Under the pieces are notes generated by a model. It saw only the letters and a program-made list of their open reading frames with translations. It searched no databases and was not told where the DNA came from. This document shows, piece by piece, positions 25,083 through 35,588 of a DNA stretch of 64,000 nt. Location: the IMG/VR virus record IMGVR_UViG_3300011934_000017, positions 62,001 to 126,000 of that record, one strand, 5' to 3'. Both the position numbers and the translations under genes were made by a program. The number at the start of each line of letters is the position of its first letter. Within the stretch, counting starts at the first letter, position 1.

Positions 25083-28000
25083 TTAGCTATAATCAACGCG
25101 GAAGGTAATCTCGCCAATACCGGGAAAGTCTGAACGATACAGGTACCAATCTTCATCGACACCGCCTATAGTGCGTGTCACTGTAAGAGGTCCGTAAGTT
25201 GAACCTATACCACCTGCTGGCCATGTTGCTCCATCCATACCGCCTGATAGACCCAGCGAAGGTTCTGTGAACGTAGCAGTTCCTAACGCCGCAGGATGCG
25301 CATAATAAATGTAATTGCTTCCTGTCGTTTCTGTAGTGAAAGAATTACCGGACGATGATGTAGACATAGTATCATTCAGATACGTGCCAAGTGAAGCAAA
25401 GTCACTTAATCCTTCTGGTCCAACACCATACATAGGAGCATACGAAGGTGCAGAGGGCGGAGGCGGTGGAGTAGGAGCGGCACTACCTGCTGTGATATTG
25501 ATAAGCTTAGTTGCTTCTACCGAATGCAAGCCGTCTTCATATCGCGCTTTAATCGTTATACTGGTACCGGTCGGTACGTTACCTATATAAAGCACACCAT
25601 CATCTTCGATACTCACATTAGGAATTATAGTTTGAACAGACCACTCGATAGATTCGTTCGGAAGCACAGTGCCTGTTCCAGGAGAAACAATGTCACCTAC
25701 ATAGAAAAGCTCCGTGTTGTATGACTCGAACGAATTAGCAGGCACAGAACTTTCACCTAGAATGATCAACGTTTGTAACGGTGAAGCTTCTGCGAGCAAT
25801 GTTACCTGCATTGTGTCTGTAGCGGTATGTCCGTCACACGCCCAGTCTGCCGTAATGTTAACAACCGTTGTCTGGTTGTTCATGGAACGCAAGAAACCAT
25901 TGCGATCTATAATAGCAACATCGGGCGATACATCGATACTCCAGTCATTCGAAACTGCCAGCTCTTGATTGCATCCGTTGTCAAACTCAATCATAAACAC
26001 GTATGAACCCATACGACTCACAGGAATCACGGACGGTCCTGAAATACGCGAACTAATAGGAACAGAAGGTCCCGGTCGATCATGCCTTTTTACTACAACA
26101 GGAAACTCTGCTACTTCGCGGAAATAACGCGCAACGACAATTACCAGTGTGTCCTCTTCAACAGAACGACCTTGCATTATGCCCGGACTAACGATATCAG
26201 CTTCAGCTTCTGGGTTATTCAGAGGATCGGGACTACGCACTGTCCAAACAGGTTCTACAAGCTCGTCGCTTCCATCTTCATACCAAGCCCGTGCCTCAAA
26301 AGTCACTCTTCGATTTTCAAGAACTTCTGAATCACCTAGAATGCGTAGACCTGTAATCAAGTTAACATCAGGTATGAGAACAATAGGTTTAGTCTGGACG
26401 TGTCTTTTAGCTCCGCTATCGAAGACAGCACGTATTTCAACAATGCCTGCATTCCCAGAAGTAAACGTTAGCTCACCTGCAGGTGTCATGGTAACACCGG
26501 GATACGAACCATTGAGTGACCACACAGGACTAACTTCTATCTCACGACCGTCAGAATAGCGAGCAAATGCACGATAGTTAGCGGCTATTCCTTGTCTTAC
26601 GTTCTCTTGCCCTACAATGTTTATGCTTTCGATGTTTATAGGCGTCGTGTATACCGAAACCACTTTCGACACAGTAATATCTAGCGCTCTAGCTGTTAGC
26701 TCTACGGAAATAGATGTGCTTACAGAACCTGTCGTGAAAACACCTGATTCTGATATGGAGAAACGATCTGACATCCACACAGGATCAACTTGAGTGGTAA
26801 CGCCGTTTGACCATTCGATAATAGCGACAAAACGATGATTGGAAAGCTCTACTACACTGCTTGGTCCTTGAATCGTTAACGTCTTAGGTGTTATATAGTC
26901 TCTCTTTATCTCTACGACTTTTACCGCAATATGTTTTTGTCCTTGGTGTTGATACGTAGCTTTCAGCTCAGCTAAATAATCGGCATCAGGAATACCAGCA
27001 GATGCTCTGCCGCCTTGATCTACATAAAGTCCAGGAGAAGAGGACTCCCATAGCGCAAGCACGTCTTCTTGCGAACCGTCTGAATAAAATACGTGAGCGC
27101 GATAGGTATGCGAAGTATTTTCAGAAAGTTCTGGAGGTCCGATTATATGAATGGAATCGACTTTGATGTTTGTACTGACGGCTTTTATAATAACAGGTCG
27201 AACCGACTTTAGATGATAGCTATCAGCAGTGACGTAGCTGGCTTCAACATACACCACTTTATCTTCTTCCGGATTCCCTGTAAAAACTTCGTAGCCTTTG
27301 ATTCCGGTCACGTAAGGCGAAAGCACTTTTATCGTTACGTCGTTGAGCGCTTTGGTAGTTCTGTCATCGAAGTAACCTTCTACAGTCACCTTGAAAGAAT
27401 TTCCACCTGACACAGAAGTCGGAGCGTTCAACAGTATGCTTTCAAGTACAGCGCCAGCACCTTTGACTATTACGGTTTTAGTGTTACTCATTCCACCGAA
27501 CGTCGATGTGATATTTACTGTGGTATCACGGTAAACAGGAGCGAATACTGCAACACCGCTCGCCGTGAACGACACAATATCAGGACGGTCTGTAGTCATC
27601 ACAGGAGAAGGAACGCGAACAAGTCTACGGCCTGCTGTACTTGGAGGAGCGGAGTCAAATTTCACGGAGAATGTATGAGAACCTACGCCCGGAAGTTGAG
27701 TACGATATATGTACCAAGTCTGAAGCTTTCCATCTACGCGGCGATACAAATACATGGGAAGAGGGCTGCTATCGCCTTCCCACTTCACTGTGTTGCTTGG
27801 GTTTTGAATAGTAGCGTAACCAAGATACGCAGGATAAGCGAAGTAGCCGTAATGCCCGGCCGGTACGTTAAGTGAAAAAGACGGTGAAGCGAGGCTAGAT
27901 ACACTGCTTGTTAAAAACGTGTTCACATCAGCATTGTTTTCAACAGGAGTATCGGCAGAGCCATATACAGGCATCGTGCTTGTCGTAGTGTATCCCGACC

Positions 28001-30989
28001 AAGCAGCTAAAGGTGCGGGAACACCTTTGACAGTACAAGGTACCGAGTCTCCAATAGACAGTCCAGGAGCATCAAAGAATATCTGAAAAGTGCTGTTTCC
28101 TATAGACGGCAGATCAGTACGATACAGATACCAAGGCGAAGGTACACCACCTACGTTCACGTTAACAAGCACAGGACCTGTAGAGAACTCAATAGAACCT
28201 TCAGGCCATGTAGCGCCATCCCAACCGCCTTCGATGCCTGTAGCTTTAGATACAAATCGAGCGAAGCCCATTGCAGCAGGATACGCAAACCAACCATATT
28301 TGTCAGTATCAACGTCGATTGTCAGGTCTTGATGACTTGTGGATGCTACAGGAGATAGATCGAGGATGTCAGACGCTTTCCACAAATTGTTCCCAGTACC
28401 GAATCTGGGATATCCATTCACAGTACATGATACAGAAGCAACGTAAGGTACTGACTTTGTACTCATTCTAGTTGGTGCAGACATAGAACCATGATCAAAT
28501 TCAGGTGCTGAACCCGTATCGCAAGAGTCCATTGTATACCCGACGGTTAGTCCTGCGTTCTCGAACGAAACACGAAACTCTTGATTACCTAGCGAAGGCC
28601 AATCAGTACGATACACATACCACTTAGATGTTAATGATCCTACAGTGTGCTCAATCAAAGCTGGACCGAAGCTAGTTCCAATGCTTCCATCTTCTTCCCA
28701 AGTAGCACCACCCCATCCTCCTACAAGATTGCTATTCACTTCAATGAATGTAGCTTGGCCCAAAGAGGCAGGATAAGAGAAGTATCCGTACTTTCCGTTT
28801 TCTACGTTGATTGAAAAAGTCTGATTGTCCGTAGAAGGCAGTTCGTTAGGTAAGACAGCAGGTGTACTTCCTTTCATTGAAGTCAAAGAACCAAAGCGCG
28901 GAAGGGCGTTCAAGTGACAAGGAAGAGAGGCGACAGAATCATCGACAGGTGCAGTAGGATCACCTTCAGTTGGAGGAAATGCAATTAGCGTGTCTACGCA
29001 TCTTCCAGCTTCGGGAAACTCTACTGAGAAACCTGTCTCAGGCATCGTATGTGTGTTAGTACGATGCAAGTACCAGTCATACAGTCTACCTGATATCTGT
29101 CGTTGAATAATTATCGGGCCGGTATTCGTACCTACAGAACCATCTACAGGCCAACTCGCACCGTTCCAAAGCTCTGTGTCACCGGTTGAAAGCTCAGTGA
29201 TTGTAGCAACACCTAACTCTACAGGGTATGCGAAGTATCCGTATTCATATTCGTCTAACTCACCCACTAACGAGGTGTTTTCAGTAGAACCCAGCACGAA
29301 ACCGTAGTCTTCCAAAGCTGTGTCTATGTCAACGTCGATAGGACCTAAAGTAAAAGTAGGATAGCCGCTTACGCAAGTCTCTTCCTCTTCGTCTTCATCA
29401 CCTTCTACAGGAAGCACCAGTCCTGGGTGTCCGAATGAAACATCGAACGTTTGCGATCCAATACCTGAAAAATCAGTACGATAGATAAACCATTCAACAG
29501 CAGTACCGCAGATATTACGAACGACTTTTATAGGTTCTTTACTGTCACCTACTTCACCGTCTGCCCAAGTAGCTCCTTCCCAGCCGCCTTCAAGACCTGA
29601 AGATGCTTCTACAAATCGTGCATACCCAAGGTCAACAGGATAAGCAAAGTAGCCATATTTACCTGAAGGCACGTCTACTGTGAAGCGACGATCATTATTG
29701 TCGGGAAACGAGTTGGGTAGAAATTCAATCTCTGCGTCTGTGTTTAATCCGTAGTTGAACGAACCATACTGTGGTGTCATGTTAGGCACGCAAGGCACAG
29801 TCACATCGTTATCATCATCAGGCTCTTCCGGTGCAGGTTCAGCAGACGGAGAAGAATGTTCGAATTTAACATCACAGGAGTTCTGAATGCCTGGGTTATC
29901 AAACTGAATTTCAAAAGTCGTTTCGTCTACTAGCTTGGCATCAGTACGATAGACGTACCAATCTTGGTCTTTGCCTGCTATGTTGATTACAGTCAGCTTA
30001 GGGCCGTTGTCTTCTAAGCCTTCCCAACCACCTTCAAGCTTTGAATCTTTTTCTATAAACAAGGCTTTTCCAAGAGCAGCAGGGAACGCGAAGAAAACAT
30101 ACTTTCCTCTACTAAAGGCTACAGTGGCATTGTTTGTTGTGTCCAGTTCCTCTGTGAGCACAGAAAAAGCGGATGCCGCTGTCATAGAAGGTGAGTTCGA
30201 ATACCCGTATCGCGGTGTGAGTAGGTCGTAACAATCACCAGAGTAAAGAAGTGCATCTGTATGAACAGGAAACGATGAACCCGAAACCACGCTGTCTGGT
30301 AGCTTGACTTGAACGTTGCGTAAAACTTCACCGCCTAAACCTATAGTAATGAAATCTATAGGGTAGAAGATGACTTTACCTGCAACTCCCAAAGATATCT
30401 GGGACTTCACCATGAAGTAAAATTCACGCACAACATGGTTAATAGGAGCAAACTCGAAATAAGCATCCATAAGACGATCAGACAGATTCTTTCCGACAGG
30501 TAAGATCATGTTAACGTCAGACGGGATCAGCTCCATACCAAGATCAACATGTGTAGTCTTGTACCAGTCGCCGCCCTCTTTAATCATGGGACCAGCAGGC
30601 TTTCGATAGAAATTTTCGTAGTCTTGAGTATATGTGTGGCTTACTTCTATGTCACGACCCAAAACGAACCTAACGCCTTTCACAAAGTCTTCCGTTCCAC
30701 TTTTTTCATGGATCAAAGACAGCATGTAGACAGACTTGGCTAGACGTTGAGCGTTGTGTCTAATCAAATCAGCAGGAATATCAAAGCCAAGTTGCTTGAT
30801 TGTACGCGCTATGATTTCAGGGTCTGTAGTTTCGACTATGTGGCGAATGTCTTCTATTTCACCGATAGGTTCACGAATCTGCTCCTGAATAACATCAGCC
30901 AGACCTTCCATGAACTCAGACCATGTAGGTTCGTTCGCAAAGAACTCTGGCTGAAGACTCGTTAAGTCGATTTTAGCTTTATCCGACAT
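25083..30989 (-). CDS. Giant baseplate wedge protein (P2 gpI/T4 gp7-like N-terminus) with 7 YGYFAYP repeats and Ig-like repeats
   Basis: Follows baseplate J; N-terminal QLGF...SGT..F..F.LG...F.EFAPIN motif; repeats counted by eye. Confidence 0.7.
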   Translation of the reverse strand: MSDKAKIDLTSLQPEFFANEPTWSEFMEGLADVIQEQIREPIGEIEDIRHIVETTDPEIIARTIKQLGFDIPADLIRHNAQRLAKSVYMLSLIHEKSGTEDFVKGVRFVLGRDIEVSHTYTQDYENFYRKPAGPMIKEGGDWYKTTHVDLGMELIPSDVNMILPVGKNLSDRLMDAYFEFAPINHVVREFYFMVKSQISLGVAGKVIFYPIDFITIGLGGEVLRNVQVKLPDSVVSGSSFPVHTDALLYSGDCYDLLTPRYGYSNSPSMTAASAFSVLTEELDTTNNATVAFSRGKYVFFAFPAALGKALFIEKDSKLEGGWEGLEDNGPKLTVINIAGKDQDWYVYRTDAKLVDETTFEIQFDNPGIQNSCDVKFEHSSPSAEPAPEEPDDDNDVTVPCVPNMTPQYGSFNYGLNTDAEIEFLPNSFPDNNDRRFTVDVPSGKYGYFAYPVDLGYARFVEASSGLEGGWEGATWADGEVGDSKEPIKVVRNICGTAVEWFIYRTDFSGIGSQTFDVSFGHPGLVLPVEGDEDEEEETCVSGYPTFTLGPIDVDIDTALEDYGFVLGSTENTSLVGELDEYEYGYFAYPVELGVATITELSTGDTELWNGASWPVDGSVGTNTGPIIIQRQISGRLYDWYLHRTNTHTMPETGFSVEFPEAGRCVDTLIAFPPTEGDPTAPVDDSVASLPCHLNALPRFGSLTSMKGSTPAVLPNELPSTDNQTFSINVENGKYGYFSYPASLGQATFIEVNSNLVGGWGGATWEEDGSIGTSFGPALIEHTVGSLTSKWYVYRTDWPSLGNQEFRVSFENAGLTVGYTMDSCDTGSAPEFDHGSMSAPTRMSTKSVPYVASVSCTVNGYPRFGTGNNLWKASDILDLSPVASTSHQDLTIDVDTDKYGWFAYPAAMGFARFVSKATGIEGGWDGATWPEGSIEFSTGPVLVNVNVGGVPSPWYLYRTDLPSIGNSTFQIFFDAPGLSIGDSVPCTVKGVPAPLAAWSGYTTTSTMPVYGSADTPVENNADVNTFLTSSVSSLASPSFSLNVPAGHYGYFAYPAYLGYATIQNPSNTVKWEGDSSPLPMYLYRRVDGKLQTWYIYRTQLPGVGSHTFSVKFDSAPPSTAGRRLVRVPSPVMTTDRPDIVSFTASGVAVFAPVYRDTTVNITSTFGGMSNTKTVIVKGAGAVLESILLNAPTSVSGGNSFKVTVEGYFDDRTTKALNDVTIKVLSPYVTGIKGYEVFTGNPEEDKVVYVEASYVTADSYHLKSVRPVIIKAVSTNIKVDSIHIIGPPELSENTSHTYRAHVFYSDGSQEDVLALWESSSPGLYVDQGGRASAGIPDADYLAELKATYQHQGQKHIAVKVVEIKRDYITPKTLTIQGPSSVVELSNHRFVAIIEWSNGVTTQVDPVWMSDRFSISESGVFTTGSVSTSISVELTARALDITVSKVVSVYTTPINIESINIVGQENVRQGIAANYRAFARYSDGREIEVSPVWSLNGSYPGVTMTPAGELTFTSGNAGIVEIRAVFDSGAKRHVQTKPIVLIPDVNLITGLRILGDSEVLENRRVTFEARAWYEDGSDELVEPVWTVRSPDPLNNPEAEADIVSPGIMQGRSVEEDTLVIVVARYFREVAEFPVVVKRHDRPGPSVPISSRISGPSVIPVSRMGSYVFMIEFDNGCNQELAVSNDWSIDVSPDVAIIDRNGFLRSMNNQTTVVNITADWACDGHTATDTMQVTLLAEASPLQTLIILGESSVPANSFESYNTELFYVGDIVSPGTGTVLPNESIEWSVQTIIPNVSIEDDGVLYIGNVPTGTSITIKARYEDGLHSVEATKLINITAGSAAPTPPPPPSAPSYAPMYGVGPEGLSDFASLGTYLNDTMSTSSSGNSFTTETTGSNYIYYAHPAALGTATFTEPSLGLSGGMDGATWPAGGIGSTYGPLTVTRTIGGVDEDWYLYRSDFPGIGEITFRVDYS

Positions 30990-32458
30990 TAGTAACTGCT
31001 CCTTACACCGAGAGAGCGCTCAGAATAAACAACATCAATAATAGGTTGCCCATCTAAAACAGCGTAATGTGTGCGATCTGGCATTAGAATGTCTTCTTCT
31101 GGGCTAGCCAGTACCACATAATCCACACCTTCGATCTTGCGAATAGCGTCCGTAATGTCAGACTGTGAAAGGCGACGTCCAAGTATTCCGGGCTTCTTTT
31201 GAAACAGCTTCAGAATATTCTCCATCGCCACAATTCGAATCTCACCGTCTTTCGCGCTTGGGACGATAGCAATCTTAATACGAACCTTGACGAAGACTTT
31301 AACAGGATTCCAAGTCTGCACGTCATACGCATCGTGCAAGTGTGGAATGAGCCATCGTGAAAACTGATTCCACGAGCTAGACTGCGGATTAGGATTAGCG
31401 CCACCAAACGTGTCCGACTCTTCTGGCAAAACACACATACGCATCATGTTCATCCAGCGAAGATCGTTTGGTGCAATATCTCTCTGACCTAAAGGCGAAC
31501 AGTCAGCAACACCTGGATAACGCATCACAGTAGCACGAATGTCGGCACCGCTAATCGCCCGACGCTTCGTTCGGAACATGTTAGGTGCAAACATTTTGTA
31601 GTACAGGGCACTCTTTTGATCCGAACCTCCAGCGATTGTAGTGATTGTTTCACCCTTTAGCTCGCTATCACTGCGAACACGTAAGGCAATACCAGGAAGA
31701 CCGCTATTGTCTGCGCTACCGTCTGTTGTGACATACCGAATGATCAACGTAGAATCTCGGTCAAGTATCTTACCGTTCTCTCCGTCTCCAAAGAAGAAAG
31801 ACGTATCCCCGTCCCGTGCGGTGCTTTCGAAGTAAATTGCCTCTTCACCGTGATGTTCAAATACAGCCTTATCAGTCGGTTCCCAAATCTGCGTGGTGCC
31901 CGTGTCGTTATTTTGCGTATACACAAGCACATCTTCAGACGAAACGATAAATCTAGGTTCATCCAAGTAAAACTCTCGCAACGCTACATCAGGATACGCT
32001 TTTAGATCAAAGCGCTTCTCTGCAACGTTGCCAGAGTAGAGGGATACGTTTGAAATAGTGGAACCCGGAGGAATAACGTACTGCTGGCGATTGAAAAACG
32101 TGCGACCAGATAGATCGAACATAGAGTACGGAGGAATGTACTTTGTGCGTGTCGAGTAGTTAGACACTTCGGCGACACAGGACGCACATGTTTTCCTAGA
32201 TATCTGGACACCCAACATGCGAGTGCCTGCAAAGATCGAGCTGTCACGCACAGCAGTCGGAAGAAAAGCTTCACGAAAAGCCATATCCAGATAAAACTGA
32301 TTTGATACATGCGAGCCTGCAAACGTGTCAAGAATGGTAGTACCTACAGAAGTAGGCATCATATCTACCCACGTGCGCTTCTGTTCAAGCTTACGCTGTA
32401 GCTCATTAAACAGAAGTTGGAAATCAGGTGTTACTTTGCTAATAGGTACGGAAGCCAT
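30989..32458 (-). CDS. Baseplate wedge protein (baseplate J / T4 gp6-like)
   Basis: EAFLPTA.RDSS, FFGDGENG, GGSD...RAIS..D motifs. Confidence 0.85.
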   Translation of the reverse strand: MASVPISKVTPDFQLLFNELQRKLEQKRTWVDMMPTSVGTTILDTFAGSHVSNQFYLDMAFREAFLPTAVRDSSIFAGTRMLGVQISRKTCASCVAEVSNYSTRTKYIPPYSMFDLSGRTFFNRQQYVIPPGSTISNVSLYSGNVAEKRFDLKAYPDVALREFYLDEPRFIVSSEDVLVYTQNNDTGTTQIWEPTDKAVFEHHGEEAIYFESTARDGDTSFFFGDGENGKILDRDSTLIIRYVTTDGSADNSGLPGIALRVRSDSELKGETITTIAGGSDQKSALYYKMFAPNMFRTKRRAISGADIRATVMRYPGVADCSPLGQRDIAPNDLRWMNMMRMCVLPEESDTFGGANPNPQSSSWNQFSRWLIPHLHDAYDVQTWNPVKVFVKVRIKIAIVPSAKDGEIRIVAMENILKLFQKKPGILGRRLSQSDITDAIRKIEGVDYVVLASPEEDILMPDRTHYAVLDGQPIIDVVYSERSLGVRSSY

Positions 32459-32847
32459 TAACTAAATCCTCGCGCTAGGTTAAATTGAAAAGTGAATTGG
32501 CGAGCTTCAAGCTCTGGCGCCCTGTATCGAATGTTCACAAAATACTGACTGTTTTGCGGATCAGGAATAACGATGATTTGATCAAAGACAATTCGAAACT
32601 CACCATTGTCTTCTAAGGCACGTTCCATATCGTATTGAATGCGACTCGCTGTAACGTCGTCAATAGGTTCAAAAAGGTGCTTGCCTACATCGCTTCCTAA
32701 ACGCGGTCGAAACCACTTTGATCGCTTCGGTGTCTCGAAGATACAGGCAATATTTTGGTTAAGGCTGTGCTCATTCTTAACCAGTTCGTTCTGCGTTACA
32801 CCTGCATACAGGTTAACGTCTGAATATAAAACATCAATGATAGCCAT
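32458..32847 (-). CDS. Baseplate wedge gp25/GpW-like (start adjusted to MAIIDV at 32847)
   Basis: T.K.S.WFRP.LGS....LFEPID motif; the longer ORF extension overlaps the PAAR-like gene. Confidence 0.85.
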   Translation of the reverse strand: MAIIDVLYSDVNLYAGVTQNELVKNEHSLNQNIACIFETPKRSKWFRPRLGSDVGKHLFEPIDDVTASRIQYDMERALEDNGEFRIVFDQIIVIPDPQNSQYFVNIRYRAPELEARQFTFQFNLARGFS

Positions 32848-32849
32848 AA

Positions 32850-33140
32850 TTAACCTGCAAAAACGTCTGGAGAACCGGTAGCCGCACTGTCGCCACAGCC
32901 CATCATATCGCCGATTCTTTGTTTGTTGAGTTGATCCGCGTAGACAGAAGAGCTTCCTTGAACAGTGACAGGAACGTGACACGAAAAGCAGCAATGCACA
33001 ACCCACTTGTCAGTAAGCCGAACCTGCGCCATTTGATCTGTAAACACGGTAGTCGATGCGGTAGCAGGTCGTGTAGGTGGAAAGCACCCGTGTCCTGTAG
33101 ACATATCGATAGGAAGTCGCACACAAGGTATACCAGCCAT
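32850..33140 (-). CDS. PAAR-like spike tip protein (T4 gp5.4-like)
   Basis: D.STGHGCFPP...H...GSSSV....RIGD...CG...TGSPDVFAG. Confidence 0.85.
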   Translation of the reverse strand: MAGIPCVRLPIDMSTGHGCFPPTRPATASTTVFTDQMAQVRLTDKWVVHCCFSCHVPVTVQGSSSVYADQLNKQRIGDMMGCGDSAATGSPDVFAG

Positions 33141-33181
33141 AATTTATCTCCTTTGATCTGTTGAAATTATTACGACTAAAC

Positions 33182-33215
33182 TGTAAATAAGTGTCGTTAT
33201 TATCGGTTATTTACA
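33182..33215. promoter_or_regulatory. Inverted pair of TGTAAATA boxes in the divergent intergenic region
   Basis: TGTAAATAA at 33182-33190 and TTATTTACA at 33207-33215; the same octamer lies upstream of genes at 51667-51674 and 61682-61689. Confidence 0.55.
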
Positions 33216-33229
33216 CAAAAAGGTAACGT

Positions 33230-34369
33230 ATGAAAGCTTATTTGAAGACCGCAAAAGAACTGTTGTCTGTGTCGGCGAAGCGGAAAATGGATCGCACAGG
33301 TGTCGGCACTTCGTTCAAAGTGTTCAACGAAGAAGAGTTTAATCTAAAGTTTGGTGGGCAGTTTCCTATTGTCACCACAAAGCAAGTAGCAATCCGAGCT
33401 GTAATAGGTGAACTACTTGGCTTCATTCGTGCTGCCGACAGTGCTGCTACATTCCGAGAACTTGATTGTAACGTATGGAACGCAAACGCGAATCAAGAAA
33501 ACGAAACAGGTTCGAAAAATGCGTGGTTGCGCAGCCCGTGGCGTAAAGGTGAAGACGATCTCGGTAGAATCTATGGCGTACAGTGGCGTGAATGGGACGA
33601 CACGCGGATAAGCAATGCTGAAGATCATCAGCGCTTTTTGCGTGATGGGTACAAAGCTGTTGCTCAGTTCGATCAAGACGGTCAGCGAAAAGTGGTTTGG
33701 AACAGAAAGGTAGATCAGCTACAACAAGCTGTCAATCTAATCCAGAAAAACCCAGAAAGCCGGCGCATAATCATCAGTGGTTGGAATCCTTCTGATCTGG
33801 ACAAGGGCGCTCTACCTCCATGTCATATTCTACAGCACTTTATCTGCGAACCCTTAGGCGAACAGGAAAGAATCGAAGCACACATAAAGAATATGGAAAA
33901 CGAGGCAATCTGGAACGGAGCAGAAAGAGAAATAATTGCGACCAATGTTAGAAATCATATTCTACACCTGTTTAATACGGATAGTCCTTCGCACGAACAG
34001 CTAGACGAGTACAATCTTCCACGGTACAAGCTAAATCTGGTGGTCTATCAACGTAGTGCTGACTGGTTGCTTGGCGTTCCATTCAATATCTCCAGCTATG
34101 CGACGATGATAAACATAATGAGTAGAATCACAGGCACAGCGCCCGGTACTCTGCACTATTGCACAGGCGACACGCACCTGTATAACAATCATCGGAATGC
34201 GATGAAAGAACAGACTACAAGAACACCTTCGTCTGAAATAACAAGGCTATTAATTAATCCACAGTTGAAGACGTTGGAAGACTTTGAACAAGCAAGCCCT
34301 TCTGACTTTCGATTGTTTAACTACCAACATCAAGGCAAGCTGAAGAACCCAGCACCTATGGCAATTTAA
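33230..34369 (+). CDS. thyA: Thymidylate synthase
   Basis: DRTGVGT, LGRIYGVQWR, SRRIIISGWNP, ALPPCH (catalytic Cys), YQRSAD.LGVPFN, GDTHLY.NH. Confidence 0.97.
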   Translation: MKAYLKTAKELLSVSAKRKMDRTGVGTSFKVFNEEEFNLKFGGQFPIVTTKQVAIRAVIGELLGFIRAADSAATFRELDCNVWNANANQENETGSKNAWLRSPWRKGEDDLGRIYGVQWREWDDTRISNAEDHQRFLRDGYKAVAQFDQDGQRKVVWNRKVDQLQQAVNLIQKNPESRRIIISGWNPSDLDKGALPPCHILQHFICEPLGEQERIEAHIKNMENEAIWNGAEREIIATNVRNHILHLFNTDSPSHEQLDEYNLPRYKLNLVVYQRSADWLLGVPFNISSYATMINIMSRITGTAPGTLHYCTGDTHLYNNHRNAMKEQTTRTPSSEITRLLINPQLKTLEDFEQASPSDFRLFNYQHQGKLKNPAPMAI

Positions 34370-34379
34370 AGGCAGCACT

Positions 34380-34766
34380 ATGGACATGAAAAGAAAGAGG
34401 GTGTATGTAGAAGAAATAGACACAACGCTTCAAGGCTATATGATAGACAAGCCTTACGTATCAGCAGCGATGTTCATCAAAAGCCTGAGTGACCTACCTA
34501 TTGTTGTTTGCAGGCAGATAACGAATACTTATTCTATAAGGAACGTATTCAAGCGAATCGAAATTGGAAGCGAGGAGATTCCTTTATTTCCTTTAGACTC
34601 CTTCGAACCTCTGTCCGATGTACTATCAGAAATAGAAAACAGAAAATTCAGGGAACTCCGTAAACATAAAAAGCGTTGTGAACCAAGCGATTATCAGATC
34701 GACGAAAATCTGGCCGAATTGGTAATGATGAAACTTGCACAGTCAATAGGAAAAGAAAATGATTGA
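34380..34766 (+). CDS. Hypothetical protein
   Basis: 128 aa, tightly packed behind thyA. Confidence 0.55.
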   Translation: MDMKRKRVYVEEIDTTLQGYMIDKPYVSAAMFIKSLSDLPIVVCRQITNTYSIRNVFKRIEIGSEEIPLFPLDSFEPLSDVLSEIENRKFRELRKHKKRCEPSDYQIDENLAELVMMKLAQSIGKEND

Positions 34767-35247
34767 TATTGAAAAAAGTAAATGGTGTTTGGAGCCGGAC
34801 ACTCTGTACAAGCTTGCCTTAGACATGGAGAAAAACAGGAAGCTTTCTTTCACTGAAACAGAAACGGGCATAAAGGAATGTACTGTACCTCTTCGAAGCG
34901 CTGCTGTAAAGGACGTATTTTATTCAATAGAAATTCGTAGAGGTCCGAGTGGTGGTGAAATAACAATAAATATGACAGATGGAGATTCAGGAGAAAAGGT
35001 AAAAGTATACGAGAACGGAAGGATATTACGATGGGGAGCTTGGGCATTAGAGCTTATGCAAGCGTTACCTCCTCTCATTGCAAGGGAAAGTAACGCTGCT
35101 GCCCATATCAAGGAAGGAAACGCTCGAATTGAAAGCGTTTTGTTTGACACATTGGACGGAAGAATTGGAGTATTCTTCGGTAAGGAAGAGCATCAACGCA
35201 TTTTGGAAGAAGACAAAAGCGGTATGCTAGTTCGTTCTCTATACTAG
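34759..35247 (+). CDS. Hypothetical protein
   Basis: 162 aa; 8-nt overlap with the preceding gene. Confidence 0.55.
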   Translation: MIDIEKSKWCLEPDTLYKLALDMEKNRKLSFTETETGIKECTVPLRSAAVKDVFYSIEIRRGPSGGEITINMTDGDSGEKVKVYENGRILRWGAWALELMQALPPLIARESNAAAHIKEGNARIESVLFDTLDGRIGVFFGKEEHQRILEEDKSGMLVRSLY

Positions 35248-35588
35248 AGTTTACCTTTAGGACCTCCAACAATCGTGCGTCCTTTGGGAGGAGCAGAATC
35301 GCGTTCGTGTCTGCCCTCCCATATTTCACGTTTAACATGGACGTCACGCGCAGAACCTGGATCCTGTGCATCTGTTCCCGATCGAGGAAGCGCAAGATCA
35401 CGCTTAGGTTTCTTGCCTTTCTTTTTGTGGCGATGTTTAAACTCTTCGACAGTTTCATCCCAAAGATCGCCATTATCTTCCTGCCTCGGCAATCTTTGCC
35501 CTTCCCCTCTGCTACCCGAATTATCTGGTGTAGTAGCAGCCTCTTCTTCTGAATCAGTGTAAGACCTTTCAACGAAAATCTTAGCCAT
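35244..35588 (-). CDS. Low-complexity charged protein (likely start MAKIFVERS at 35588)
   Basis: Begins 1 nt after the topoisomerase stop; acidic then Lys/Arg-rich. Confidence 0.5.
   Translation of the reverse strand: MAKIFVERSYTDSEEEAATTPDNSGSRGEGQRLPRQEDNGDLWDETVEEFKHRHKKKGKKPKRDLALPRSGTDAQDPGSARDVHVKREIWEGRHERDSAPPKGRTIVGGPKGKL

Noticed and set aside
32848-33006. N-terminal extensions in ORF-track calls (32458..33006; also 8456..9493, 43525..45672, 52598..54868, 61690..62535)
   Set aside because: They overlap upstream genes or terminators; downstream starts have better RBS or homology support
30989-33140. T6SS/eCIS/tailocin interpretation of the PAAR, gp25, baseplate and VgrG-like genes
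   Set aside because: Terminase, probable portal, helicase and thyA in the same window indicate a genuine phage genome
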